Of a stretch of 64,000 bases of DNA, positions 13,803 to 25,700 are shown in pieces (within the stretch, counting starts at the first letter, position 1; the number at the start of each line of letters is the position of its first letter). The position numbers and the translations under genes are program-made. The notes beneath the pieces were generated by a model. It searched no databases, was not told the origin of the DNA, and saw only the letters and a list, made by a program, of their open reading frames with translations. This DNA is from Podarcis erhardii (Eukaryota): the NCBI GenBank assembly GCA_964252035.1, contig OZ176207.1; one strand, 5' to 3'.

Positions 13803-13872
13803 AAAAGAGATTTGTTTTTTGTCTCCATACTGACTTGAAAAACCACCTTACTTGCCTGGCATCATCTTTATT

Positions 13873-13873
<1 letters not shown>

Positions 13874-13908
<35 letters not shown>

Positions 13909-13933
13909 GGAAGAAGAAGAAGAAGAAGAAGAA
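13874..13933. repeat. Compound (TAA)n(GAA)n microsatellite, probably an L2 tail
   Basis: Direct reading; followed by a scrap (tttctaccttgtccatctggctgggtttccc) resembling the L2 3'UTR at about 12610-12650. Confidence 0.9.
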
Positions 13934-14290
13934 GTTATTTCTACCTTGTCCATCTGGCTGGGTTTCCCAAGTGTATGCCTGGTGAAAACTTATTTATTTG
14001 CTCGGGCTTTTTAATGACTGTGGGTTTTAATGCTGGAGTTTAATCCATCTGCTGCTTTTTGGGGGGAAACCTGCCTGATTACATTGTATTTTTGTTTTAT
14101 TTTGTAAATTGGTCTGAGACTCATGGCTGGAAAGCAGCTAATAAACGCTTTCAGTAAATAAGAGTCCAGATGCAAATGATGAATGCCAACTGTATTTAAG
14201 TCAATGGGAGTGATCTTTGACTCAAACAGCATCTTGGGACTTAACAGGTGTTATAAAGCAGCTCCTGATGCAGGAAGGCCTGGCCATGGT

Positions 14291-14360
14291 CCTGCATTGC
14301 AGTGGGTTGAACTAGGTGGCCCATGGGATCCCTTCCAACTCTACAATTCTGTGATTCTAT
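14291..14360 (+). mobile_element. CR1-derived 3' tail (truncated SINE or CR1)
   Basis: cctgcattgcagtgggttgaactagg...cccttccaactctacaattctgtgattctat. Confidence 0.75.
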
Positions 14361-14407
14361 ATATATGCAGTAGTTGCAGTTCAACTGGACTACTGTAAGA
14401 TACAATA

Positions 14408-14550
14408 CAGTGGTGCCTCGCAAGACGAAATTAATCCGTTCCGTGAGGCTCTTCGTATAGCGGTTTTTTCGTCTTGCGAAGCAAGCCCATTGACAGCTTA
14501 GCGGATTAGTGCTATTAGCGGTTTAGCGGATCAGCTGATAAGCGGCTTAT
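14408..14550. mobile_element. Tigger-like MITE, one-ended fragment
   Basis: TA+CAGTGGTGCCTCGCAAGACGAA left terminus, CpG-rich; no right TIR found. Confidence 0.7.
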
Positions 14551-14616
14551 CATTTGGAAAACCATTTGGAAACTTCAATTGGTGCTGCGAAAAACCTGAC
14601 TGAGCCAAAGTGTTGG

Positions 14617-14699
14617 GATCATGTGTCTCCATTACTGTATGAGCTGCACTGGCTCCCAGTCCATTTCTGGGTGCAATTCATGGTGCTGGTTATTACCAT
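14617..14699 (+). mobile_element. L2 ORF2 fragment
   Basis: Translates to DHVSPLLYELHWLPVHFWVQFMVLVIT, the L2 'LHWLP' motif. Confidence 0.7.
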
Positions 14700-17600
14700 T
14701 CCCCTTTCCATCCTATGCTGCCTGGTAACTTAGATAAAACTCAAGTATTCATGGGGTGAAATCAAACCCCCACGAAAACATGCTGTTATTTTTCAAGGGA
14801 AAAAGAAGAATTTCCAGCTCTCCACAAGAAAGCCTGCTGAGAAGGGAGCATACTGAAAGCAAGCCAACATTAATCTGTCTAAAAAAGGTTTCAGCCACAA
14901 ACTAAGGTGCCTTCTCAACCCTGTGCCTAAGACTTGCCTTCAGACTATGAAAAGCAAGCAGAAATATCATTTAACAAACAAGCCACTCGCTTACGCAACA
15001 TTCCTCTGTTGTCTACCATACTGTAAATCCATGGAAACCATCCTATATACAGACATTTACCACAACACAAACAGAAATATTACACAAAATCCAGAAGCAA
15101 TGTTCAGCCTCTGAGCTGTGCTTCTGGGAAGGTTTTATAAAGTTTAGCTGGTGAGTAATACTTTTTTTAAAAATGTGATTTTGAAGGTGGTCAATGTTAC
15201 ATAGCATCAAGTAATTTCCCTCCTTTTACTCATCAAACATACTTACGTAGCAATGTATCTTAAAGTTCTTGCCATTTGAAACACAGGTTAATATAAACAA
15301 AGTGGTGAAACACTGTCGCCATTGTCAAGAAAACAACAACCCCTAACCTTAATTACATAATTTACGTACACATATTCTCCAGATCTCTCATCAAAATCAA
15401 ACTTTCCATGAAGATTTTTGGCTCAATTTCTTAGAACTCAACGCCCAACCAAAATGAACCTTAAGTATAATGGGCCTTTACAGATTGCTTTTTGTGGCAG
15501 GGAATTCAGTTTCACATGTACTGATGTAATATCTAAAGACGTGGCACCATATAGGCAAGGCCTCTCATATCAGTCGTCCTCACCTGAATGTGGCCTTCTC
15601 ACCTGTAGCCCCACCCAGAGAATGTTAAACCTATAAATGTCACAGCTGATGAAGCAACAGCTCTCATGCTTCTGCTGTAATCTATAAAGAGTGCCAGAGT
15701 AATCTGATCTTCTTCATCCCTTGTTTCCTCTTCCTCCTCTATCTTTTTGTTACCCATGCCTCTCCCTAGCTTTCCTTCATTGTCCTGTCATACTGCCACA
15801 TTTCCTTGTTCCATCTCAATAAAAGGCCACATACAATAATGGAATAGCAACATTTTCAATACAAAACGATGTATTTTCTCTTCCAATGCAGCTCAGGGAA
15901 ACACAGAATCCTCATCCCAGGTTGAGAAATGGTGAATGACACAAGGTTCACATAATGTTCTTGTGCAACATTTTACCAGTTATGCCACACTAGCATCATT
16001 AAATCATAATAGTACCATCAACTTCCTCAAGATTTTGCAGAGGCTTTAGAATCGGAGCTATTCTCTGGCAGCAGGATGGATTATGGTGGTCACTTCTGAA
16101 AGGCAATGGTTCTCATTTAGCCTATCAAACAGATGAAATTTCTCAAGAGGCAGAGCTACTGCATTTAAAAGGTAAGGCTAACATAGCATTCCTAGTGTCT
16201 GGGCATAACTGTAACCAATTGCAAACCAGATCCAACAGAGAGGAGGGTGTTCAATACAAGTCAGAGTCAGTTTTGGCCTTACTGCTCTTGCAGTGCTAAT
16301 AACCCAATTAATAATCCAACTGTTGAAATAAAAATAAAGGCAAATTACGTAAACGCCTTAAGAATCGTGGGATGGGGATTAAAATCACAGTTTCCTAAAT
16401 AATAACACTTCATGCAATGCACCTGTACCTGCTTTCAATTTCCCATAGAACACTTTAGTCTGAAGGGTTATAAATGAATAATACCAGGGATAATCCTTGC
16501 TGAAATCACAAAACAGGCAAACTTTCCTATGGACAAATATTATTTAGAACAGTCACTTGCTCTAAGACGGCACTCCAAGGTTGCCAGAACATATTTCAAT
16601 TATTTATTTAGAGGGTTTTCAGCTATAAAATAAGTACCATTTGAAAGTATGCTGGCAAAAGGTGAATTCCACTCTACCTTTCCAACATACTCTTGCATCT
16701 GGTGTTTTAAAACACACTAGCATTTGAGCAACCCTAGGAAAGCTAATATTTCTCATGTGTTTTCACACCGCAAAGCCACTAAAGAGTACTACACACAAAA
16801 CTGCCATTATGAACAAACTTGCCTGTGGCTGTTATCATTTGCCGAGTCTTGTGGAGATCTTCTCCATGCCATCAATAATTACACAGGAGCAGATCCTGGA
16901 CTATGCTCATAGTTAATAGAATTTATTTAATGTCACAATCTAAGGTGGCCGTATTGGTTTACAGTATAACCTCTGTTAAAAATATAGCTTTATATGCTTG
17001 TTTTTGTGTTGCACAGTAGTATTCATGGCTACCTAAATTAATAATAGTCTGAAGTCTGCAAATACATTTGTTTTTCCTGAAGAGCCATTAGGAAGCATTA
17101 CATGGGATAATGAAAAAGAACAAACCCTAATTCTTCATGCTGTCCTGTGGAGCTTTAAGAAACCAACAGACTGGTATCAAAATATTTATCTTGGCATTAA
17201 GTGTTTCTACATTAGCAGAGTCAGCAGCCAAGTCCTGAACATTTCTAATATACAAAAGGGAGCAACAAAGCAAATTTTAAGTTAACCATCTTGAGAAGGC
17301 ATTCCTGTTCAATCTGGTATATCAGAACTTTTGGGGCCAAAAGGATAAAAAAGGGGTTGGAAGAGATAATAGCATAAAATAGGCTACCCAAGTTATCTTA
17401 AACCAAGACCTCACATAAGTTTAGTGAGTACATTTTTTAGCCTTCTGCACAAATAACTTCAGAGAATATTACAATAATAGAATCAATTAATAAATAAATT
17501 ACTTGCTGGGCAGAGCAGTGGTCATCCAGTTATCAAGTGGCTATCAAGTGTGTCACTCAGGTCTTGAGTGTATAATGAAAGCAGAACGACATTTATTAAA

Positions 17601-18146
17601 TAAGGGACTAAATGATCTTCGGCAAACACTACAGTAAAAAAATATTTTGGATTTAATCAAAAGCAAATACTTGCACTGCCAAGTACAAACAGGCTCCCTC
17701 TTTGTTGACCTTCCTTCCATTATGCCGAACAACATGTCACTTAAAGTCTTAAGGGACTTCAACAAAAGACAGTGAAACAATGCCATGATATATAAATTGT
17801 TTAATGCTACGCCAGTTAAGAAAAAGGAAAAAAAGTCAAAGCAAAAAGAGCCCAACGTTGCTGTATGTCAAAAAAGAAACCCAAAACAAACCTTAAACAA
17901 TGGTAAAGAATAAGACGGCAGTATTTCAAAGCAAGAGGATAAAGGGTTAGATATACCAAACCTTACATTGTCATCAGGAAGTTCTTAGTAGGAAAAGCTC
18001 TATGGGAATGAAAATCAAAACTTTGTAGTTTTCTTTTCTGGTGAAGCAAGTAGCAAAGCCCACACAGAAAAGAGCATGTGATTGAGATCAATAATTGAAC
18101 CTTTTTCTCCTGGGCCTCTGGCTACTTAAAACAAACCAGACATAGA

Positions 18147-18288
18147 CATAGAATCACAGAGCCGGAAGGAACCCTGAGGATCATCTAGTCCAACCCCCTG
18201 AAATGCAGGAATATGCAGTTGTCCCTTATGGGGCTTGAACCTGCAGCCTTGATGTTATCAGAACCAGGCTCTAACCAACAGAGCTATC
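18147..18288 (-). mobile_element. tRNA-Ile-like head / CR1-tail SINE
   Basis: Reverse complement gatagctctgttggttagagcctggttctgataacatcaaggctgcaggttcaagcccc...ggactagatgatcctcagggttccttcc...gattctatg. Confidence 0.85.
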
Positions 18289-18832
18289 TACGGCCTTACT
18301 GGAAATTAAACAACCCAAGTATCTAAGAAGATCACCTGATGCATTTGCTTTACTAATAAATCTACAACACAATCATATACACGCTGACTCAGGAGCCCCA
18401 TTATCTTCAACGCAGCTTACTACCAGGAAATATGACTACAGATCTGTAAGACTGCACTTCTTAAGTGTCCACAGTATTTTTCCAAGACAGGAGGATGGGG
18501 AGAGAAGCAGAATGCCCCCCAAGACCTCTTAATAGTCCTACCAGGTCCAGCGGGCACCAGCTGCCACAGCTAATGAATTCAGGTAAATTCTGGATATGTT
18601 TATCTAGCAGATGCATGGGGAGGATTGACAGTAGAATGATACAGTAATGCATAGCACTTCAGTACATCTTACCATTCCAGTTTTCATTTCAGCTAGAAAA
18701 CTACAAGAGAGTGAAGTTTTGTTTCCCCACAAAATCCTATCTTTGGCCTTTGCTGAAACTACAGTGGAGCTGGGAAGACAGAGGTTTAACAGCCCTTCCA
18801 GATGCCCTTGACTTGGTTAAGCTGTTGCCACT

Positions 18833-19388
18833 CAGTGGCGTAGCGTGGGTTGTCAACACCCAGGGCAAGGCAAGTAATTTGCGCCCGCTAACCCGGGGCA
18901 AGGCAAGTAATTTGCGCCCCTAACCCCTAACCTGCCACCGCTGCCAGCTTCTTCTTGCTGCTGCCTGGGCTGGGGTATTTGCGGTAAGGTAGCCACGGCG
19001 GCGGCGGCGGGTCCGTGTCAGGTGATCTGAGGCGAGTTGCCGCTGGCGCTGCCGCCCAAACGACGCCACTTGCCCGGAGGAGGGCAGAGAGGCGAGGAAA
19101 ATGCAACATGGCCCAGCAGCTGCAGCAGCGCCGGCGGCGGCGGGGCTGTGAGGAGGGGCTGCCTGGCACGCCCTCCGCGGCCCTGACGCGCAGGGACCGC
19201 GGCGAGTGCTGAGAGCCGCTGCCTGCCGGACGCCTTCAGCCCGGACGCATGCACAGCTCGTCGGTTCCGCGAGACATGGGGCTCTGCTACAGCCTGCGCC
19301 CGAGGCTCTTCGGCGACTCTGGAGGCGGAGAGCGCCCCCCCCCAGATGTTGCGCCCGGCCCCCCCGCACCCCCCACGCTAAGCCACTG
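18833..19388. mobile_element. Non-autonomous hAT DNA transposon carrying captured host sequence (Pack-TIR-like)
   Basis: Left end CAGTGGCGTAGCGTGGG and right-end reverse complement CAGTGGCTTAGCGTGGG (16/17 match). Perfect 8-bp TSD TTGCCACT at 18825-18832 and 19389-19396. 24-bp subterminal direct repeat at 18863-18886 and 18896-18919. The interior is very GC/CpG-rich compared with the AT-rich intron. Confidence 0.93.
19276..19331 (+). pseudogene. GNAL: Captured fragment of GNAL long-isoform (XL-G-alpha-olf) first coding exon
   Basis: ATG at 19276 gives MGLCYSLRPRLFGDSGGG; the recalled mammalian XL-Golf N-terminus is MGLCYSLRPLLFG. The match stops after about 18 codons, where the transposon's right subterminal sequence begins. 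Confidence 0.8.
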
Positions 19389-19940
19389 TTGCCACTCAGT
19401 AACTAGGCAGCTTAGAACCAGACAACAAAGTGTTAAGAGAGCCTACAGTCAACAGCATAATGAGATTTGAATTTTAACTTCCTTATGCAACTTCTATTGA
19501 ATTGTTTATTTATTAAATTTCTATACCGCCCTTCATCCAAGGATCACAGGCTAGTTCACAATATAACAATTAACAATGTGACAACATGCTTTACTGGTAT
19601 AAAAAAGGCTGAACAGTTTCAGATTCGTTCAATAAAAACCACTGGTTACAGACATGTTACACTTGTTGCTTATATGGAGCAATTCCCGTAAGTTTGCCTG
19701 GTGCTGATCATCTTGCAGTACTATGGGCTGTCTTTTTTGTGTGATTTTGCTATGTTTAGCACAGCCTTCCCAACCCTGATGTTGCTAGATCACAAATTTC
19801 ATTATCTCTAACCACTGGCCATGTGTGCTGAGGATGATGGGATTTCTTAGCAAATACTACTTTATATACACTGATATAAATTTGATAGATCAAACCAGAC
19901 TGAAGTTTTAGAAAACAAAAGAAAACAAAAAAAAGCTTAC

Positions 19941-20044
19941 CTTGAAAGGATTGTTTGGCTCTGTTTACCAGTTCTTCAATAGGATAACTTGCGAGATCTC
20001 CTCTGGCATGCTTAGTTTTGCAGTAGGTACATGCATTCAAACAC
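19941..20044 (-). CDS. CDKAL1: CDKAL1 coding exon (human exon 9 equivalent, 104 bp) with radical-SAM CxxxCxxC motif
   Basis: ccctag|G TGT TTG AAT GCA TGT ACC TAC TGC...TTT CAA G|gtaagc = (G)[34 protein letters not shown](E); seen within ORF-track entry 19756..20040. The four exons splice into one uninterrupted frame. Confidence 0.98.
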
Positions 20045-21895
20045 CTAGGGAGGAAGTAGAAAGCATTACTTTATAAATTAGTTCTCCCTAACCCCACAAC
20101 ATATTGTTAAATGCAGTTGTTTAAGCTTCAGCACCACTGCCAGATTGCTTTCTGCTGGCAGTGGTAAAGTCTAAAAGAAGTACTTGAAGAAATACAGAGA
20201 GTCTAAAAGAAGTATCTGGAGAAAAATTAGGTGAGCAGGTACCACAACTTTTTAAAATGCACAGATGAAAAGTCTGCTAGATGAGCACAAAAATACTACT
20301 ACAAAACCTTTATTGCATTAGCATACAGCCATAGCAGGATAAAAAAAAAACAAAAAAATGCTATAGACAGGCAACCAAACAAAATTCAAAGCAATATTAC
20401 TGGGGTTATGACATTTAAATTACCCTGAGACAATAATGTAAAGATTTAGTTGCCGGGGCCGGGAATCAAGAATGCGGATGTATATAAAGCATATAATGGC
20501 CCCAAAATAGGCACAAAAATAATTCGCAACAGATCTTGATGTTCACTGTACTGAAAATGAATCCATCTCCCCAGTAAGCCATTCTAAAATTTCATTTTCC
20601 CCACCCCAGTGAATGGATTTTAGTCTGGTTAATAGAAGGCTATTAAAAGTTAAGATGCTCAGTGCTGGTAAGCTTCTTGTTTTAACTCAGGCCAACAGCT
20701 GAATAGCAAAGGATATACTTCTCTTGCAGTTTTTTCATTTAAATTCTTTCTTTATACTCCAGTTCCATAAACTTCCATAAATAATATACGAAGCAGAAAA
20801 CCTACATCAAGAAGGGAAAATAATGTCCATTCATGTTTGTAGGGATAGTAATCCTGCTAAAAAGATAATTCGGTAAAGGTACCTGGAGTTAGAAATGGTA
20901 AATACGAGGTGTGAACAAGATTATGAAGTTGCAGGAATTAAGACAAAAAGATACATAAAACCACAACAGAAAGTAAAATAATGGTTGATTCACAATACAG
21001 CGAAGATTACACAGCACCATATTTTCTAACACCACTTTCCTTTCAACTTTTAAACTGAACTGAATCTGAAGTGATGTGCCTCACAGTTGGAAATCAGAAC
21101 AACTATGACAGAACAGGGAAAAAGACTTCCCCAAAGTATGGCTCTCATCTGGAGAAGAGAATGAAAACAGACAGTCATAGAGACATTAAAAAAGATAAAG
21201 TGCTTTTTGGAGAAGGGTAATCAAAGAGCTCAAATTTTATAAGCCAATTACAGCCCTCAGAGTGCATTTAGATGCCCACTTTATCCATCTCTGCTTGTAG
21301 AAACCAATGGTACGCAACAGATAAGAAATTGGTTCATTTCTAATCCAACTGGAAGTAATATGCAATTACACAACTGAATTTGTGTCAGGGCCTGGGGCCT
21401 AATACTTCACTTACTGCCGTAGGCTTAAACAAGTCATGCGATATACAGCACCCCAGAGTAATGCTGTGTTCCTGATATAGCAGTGCAACTAATGCATCAC
21501 TGCTGACTCAAAGAGAAAAGCCATCCATCAAGGGTCTCTGGAAGATTGCACCCTCTCCCTCCTAGGTAGACTGTCACAGCAAGGGGAAGTCTAGCTTAGC
21601 TAAAGTCATCAGCTTGAGAATGAACAGCTTGAGGGAGCAAGTTCATCTCTGTTTGCTGGAAAGAACTCTGCTCTAACTGGGGCCCAAGAAACACCAGCGA
21701 AAGAAGATGCATTTGGCTCCCACTGGATGCAAGTATCTTTTAACGTTTTGTTCCGACATTATCCAGCTGATGATTTCCATTCCCTCCACTCACCTTCTGC
21801 AATGGCTCATATTTTTTAGATTATAAGCCTGGGGTCAGGGCTTATTGTTTCAATTTATGTATAGCGCCTATTAAACACAGACACTAACTTAACTA

Positions 21896-22248
21896 AGACG
21901 CGGGTGGCGCAGTGGGTTAAACCACTGAGCCTGGGAATTGCTGATAAGAAGGTCGGCGGTTTGAATCCCCGTGACGGGGTGAGCTCCCATTGCTCGGTCC
22001 CTGCTCCTGCCAACCTAGCAGTTCGAAAGCACGTCAAAGTGCAAGTAGATAAATAGGTACCGCTCCGGTGGGAAGGTAAACGGAGTTTCCGTGTGCTGCT
22101 CTGGTTCGCCAGAAGTGGCTTTGTCATGCTGGCCACATGACCTGGAAGCTGTACGCCAGCTCCCTCGGCCAGTAACATGAGATGAGCGCCACAACACCAG
22201 AGTCGGTCACAACTGGACCTAATGCTCAGGGGTCCCTTTACCTTTACC
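21896..22248 (+). mobile_element. Sauria SINE, full length
   Basis: Highly similar to 8045-8393; ORF-track entries 21855..22178 and 8172..8504 are near-identical antisense peptides. Confidence 0.92.
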
Positions 22249-22554
22249 TAAACTAAACACTAATACCAATCCTTAGGCTTGTCTTCCTCATGGATTCATC
22301 TTTACAATATTTTCCTTCTTAGCATTCACTAAGCCCAAAAATGATTAATGCAAAGACTCTGGTGGACTGAGGTGACCATAGCTCAGCCTGCTTCCTGGGG
22401 TAAAAAGGCAAGAGTTTATTGCAAGCTTTGTGCTCTCACCTTTCAAGCTGTAGCATTCAATGGCACATTCTCCTACACCTCTAGCCTTTTGCTATCTTTT
22501 GCCTCAGACAGGAAGGGCAGTAAGTATCAGGAGGAGCTCGGGAAGAAAAAAGGA

Positions 22555-22720
22555 AGGGCTGCCTTATGCATAGTCAGATCATGGACCTATCAAGTTCAGT
22601 GCTGACTAGCAGCAGCTCTCCAGTGTTTCAGAAAGTTTTTGTCTTTTCTAGTCCTAGCAGGAGATGCCATAGATTGAAGCTGGAACTTTTCGTATACAGA
22701 GCATGCACTCCATCATGGCA
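22555..22720 (-). mobile_element. Old tRNA-derived SINE
   Basis: gctgccttatgcatagtcagatcatgg...agcagctctccag...ggagatgccatagattgaagctggaac. Related scraps at about 3280-3360(-) and 3990-4065(+). Confidence 0.6.
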
Positions 22721-25700
22721 GGTTCAGAGGTGGCAAACATTATGAAGAGTAGATTAATGATTATGCTGAGGAAACATCTCATGATAGTTCTCTGGATATC
22801 AGTTCTACTTGGATAAGAAAAACACTAGTCACTCGTGCATGTGTATGCACATGAACCATGTAAGTAAAATATATATTTCACATATAATGTTAACAAGCTG
22901 CTGATAGTTTTATTGTGGCTTATTGAGGTTGCCATTTTTTGTTTTTAGTACCAGGAAGCTTTTTCTTACCATAGTTTTGTAATATCAAGGGATGATATGT
23001 TGATATTATTGTATAAGAATGAATCTATGTATTTCAAATTGTATTTTTTTTTTGTAGGTTGCCATCAGGAATCAGCTTAAGAACAGTGCTCAAAATCAGG
23101 CAGGAGACAGGCACATTTTGTGAATGGGAATTGTTTGATTGGGGACAATTTGAGAAGTCTTGGTGCCACGTATGGCAACTGAGATTCAAGATTAAAATTG
23201 CTGCTGCTGACAAAAAGGCGCAGGATGATAAATGCCTCCCTGCCCAACTCCAAAGTAAGATCGTTAGCTGCTGCCTTCCGTGCTGTTTTGCCTTGTTTCA
23301 CCTCCCCAAAATGCTATCTAGCTGATTGCTGCCTTCCATGTTCCACTTTGCCTCCCCTCCATACCCCAAACAGGTAAGTTCAAATCTAGCACAATACTTT
23401 ACATATCTATTTCACACACATACACCAGTATATATAAATATTAAATATTCAGATGACCTATGATTTTAGCCACAATTGCAGGGGCTGAGTCCCATTTATG
23501 CTTGTGGTGTCCAATTAAAAATGTGATATTAACAATGTTTCACTGATGTGAATTGTGTATTAGTTCATGCATTTCAGAAAAATAAATAGAAAGTGTTGCT
23601 GCACTTGGAAAATAGCGACTAGCCATCCTGTTTTTGCGCCCGTAACCTAGGTTCCAGGATTCATGTGGCGAATAGCTTTCTATCCCAGTTTCTAACACTA
23701 CTTAAGTGCACAAATCTAATAATTTTGTAAAGTTTTAATATAGCAAGCAGGTGGATTAAAGAAAAACAAAACATAATTAAAGTAAGTAAAGAAATACAAG
23801 GATTTGGAAGATGACAGGATACACGAATGTCTCTCAGGAGCTTGAGTCCCTGCTTCAGAAGCTGATGGGGGAAGAGAATGAAGGCATTTATTGCAAACAT
23901 ATAAAAAAGAAAGGTGGTGATGAAGGCTGTCTTTATGCAGAACAGATGGACTAATTGACATTTCAAAAGCAAACTTCAGCTCAGACCAATGGGGAAAAAC
24001 TAAAGACCACACAGATGTGATACTATCAGCAATCCTCTCAAGACAGCAATCTGGGAACTGCAACTGTTACTCAGAAGCAAAAATATGGCAAAAGGGAGCG
24101 CTTTGGCTGCCTAAAACAAACGGCTGATGCAATTTCTATTTTGTGGCTCAAAATTATTATTGACAAGTAGTACAACTGTGAAGTAGCATAGCACAGAGGA
24201 CTGGACATTGACCAGAGGGACTAAAGCCCCAACTCATTAGCATACAAATTTGTACCTCTGGTTCACTGTCCCGTGTGTAAAGAATAAATTTTTATGATAG
24301 CTTGGATGTTGTGATGACAACGTATCTTAGAGAGACAGAGCTGGCTCAAAAAGAATGATATATTTTATTTAAAGAGAATTATGTATCTTAGAAGCATTAC
24401 TCTGTTTAGGGCTCAAGCTACACAATGTGATATAAAAGATGCTTTACAATTCATAAAAGCACCAAACATTCCTTAAAAGCTCTAAGTGACATTTATGATG
24501 AAGAAACTTGACCTTATTCTAAGACATCAGCAGCTGGTTCCAGAGTGGAGCAACCCATGAAAATATAGCATTCTTTTAAATAAGAACAAATCTGAGGCTA
24601 TTTAGACTCTCCAAATTAATTTTTTGTGACTTGGGAGATTTACTGCAATAGCCCAGGTCTAATTAAGGCTGTGCCAGGACCCAAGAGCTTAGGACAAGGC
24701 ATGACAGCCTTATGCAATAAAACATGCTAGGTAATGTCAACAGGCAGATATGTTGGCATAAGTGCTTAGAATTGCTGTGTATAAATTATCAAGGTTTAAA
24801 TCCATTATCATTTTCAAATTCAATCATCATGCTTATGAAAGTGCACTAAGGGAGTCTGCGCAATCTACATGCGGGGTGGGCAGGGAGACACAGAGACAAA
24901 ACCCAGCCTAGGTTAAAAAGCACTTTTAATTATTTTTCTGCTATGGCAATACCCACTGAACACACCATAAAGTATCTGCCCCCACTCTCAATATTTACAC
25001 AGAGCAGAAGGTTCTTTAGTTATAAAAGGTTTTCCATCGGTAGCGATCTGGGAAAGGACAGTTCTCTTACTCTCCCAGGTACCTTTACTGTCTTGTTTAC
25101 TCCTCCTTAAAATAATGCCTAATACTTTTCTGATAGTACTTGAACAAGCACCAGGCAGCATGTACAAGATGGAACAATTTTTTAAAAACAAAAATCACCC
25201 ACAGAAGAATTCGTAACATTAATTACTGAAATTTTTAATTCCAAAGCTAGAGGAATTTTGATGTTAAGAAATGATTTCAAAAACAAGAAAATGCTGCAGT
25301 TCTGGCAATGCATAGATGCGCTACGGTAAACAAACCTGTTGGATAGGAAATTTCTGCAAGTTGTAAGCTGTTCTCTTGGTAGCTGGTTACTTCACTGGTG
25401 GAGCTTACGTCACATTATGGACCAGCAGAGAACAGTGGAGTAGATTGAGAACCATGCCCCTCCTCTTTTGTTTGTGTCCTACTATTTTATAGAAAGTTGA
25501 CTTGGAAGTTCAAGACATTATGGCTTTTGCAGGTTAAGTAACAAATTAAGTAAGGAAATAATGCACTTCTAGAAATCATATGCTGGTGTGGCTATACCTA
25601 AAGCTGGAGTATATTGTTTACATTACTCTCTCCACCTCAATTCCATTACTGCCCCCTTTTCCTCCAATCTATTGGAATGATGGAAATCACAGGATTCCCT

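Noticed and set aside
18917-18932. Interstitial telomeric repeat (CCCTAA-like)
   Set aside because: Only about two imperfect units, and part of the hAT subterminal repeat.
18920-19406. Several overlapping GC-rich ORFs (149, 80, 78, 66, 65 aa)
   Set aside because: Expected by-products of very high GC content inside the Pack-hAT; only the 18-codon GNAL-like stretch has recognisable homology.
19276-19470. A real GNAL gene in this window
   Set aside because: Similarity ends after about 18 codons, the fragment sits between TIRs and a TSD, and I saw no downstream G-alpha exons.
1-19940. Next CDKAL1 exon (EGVCEIWLTSEDTG...)
   Set aside because: Not found by eye; probably beyond the window start, since the human intron is very long. 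A TBLASTN would settle it.
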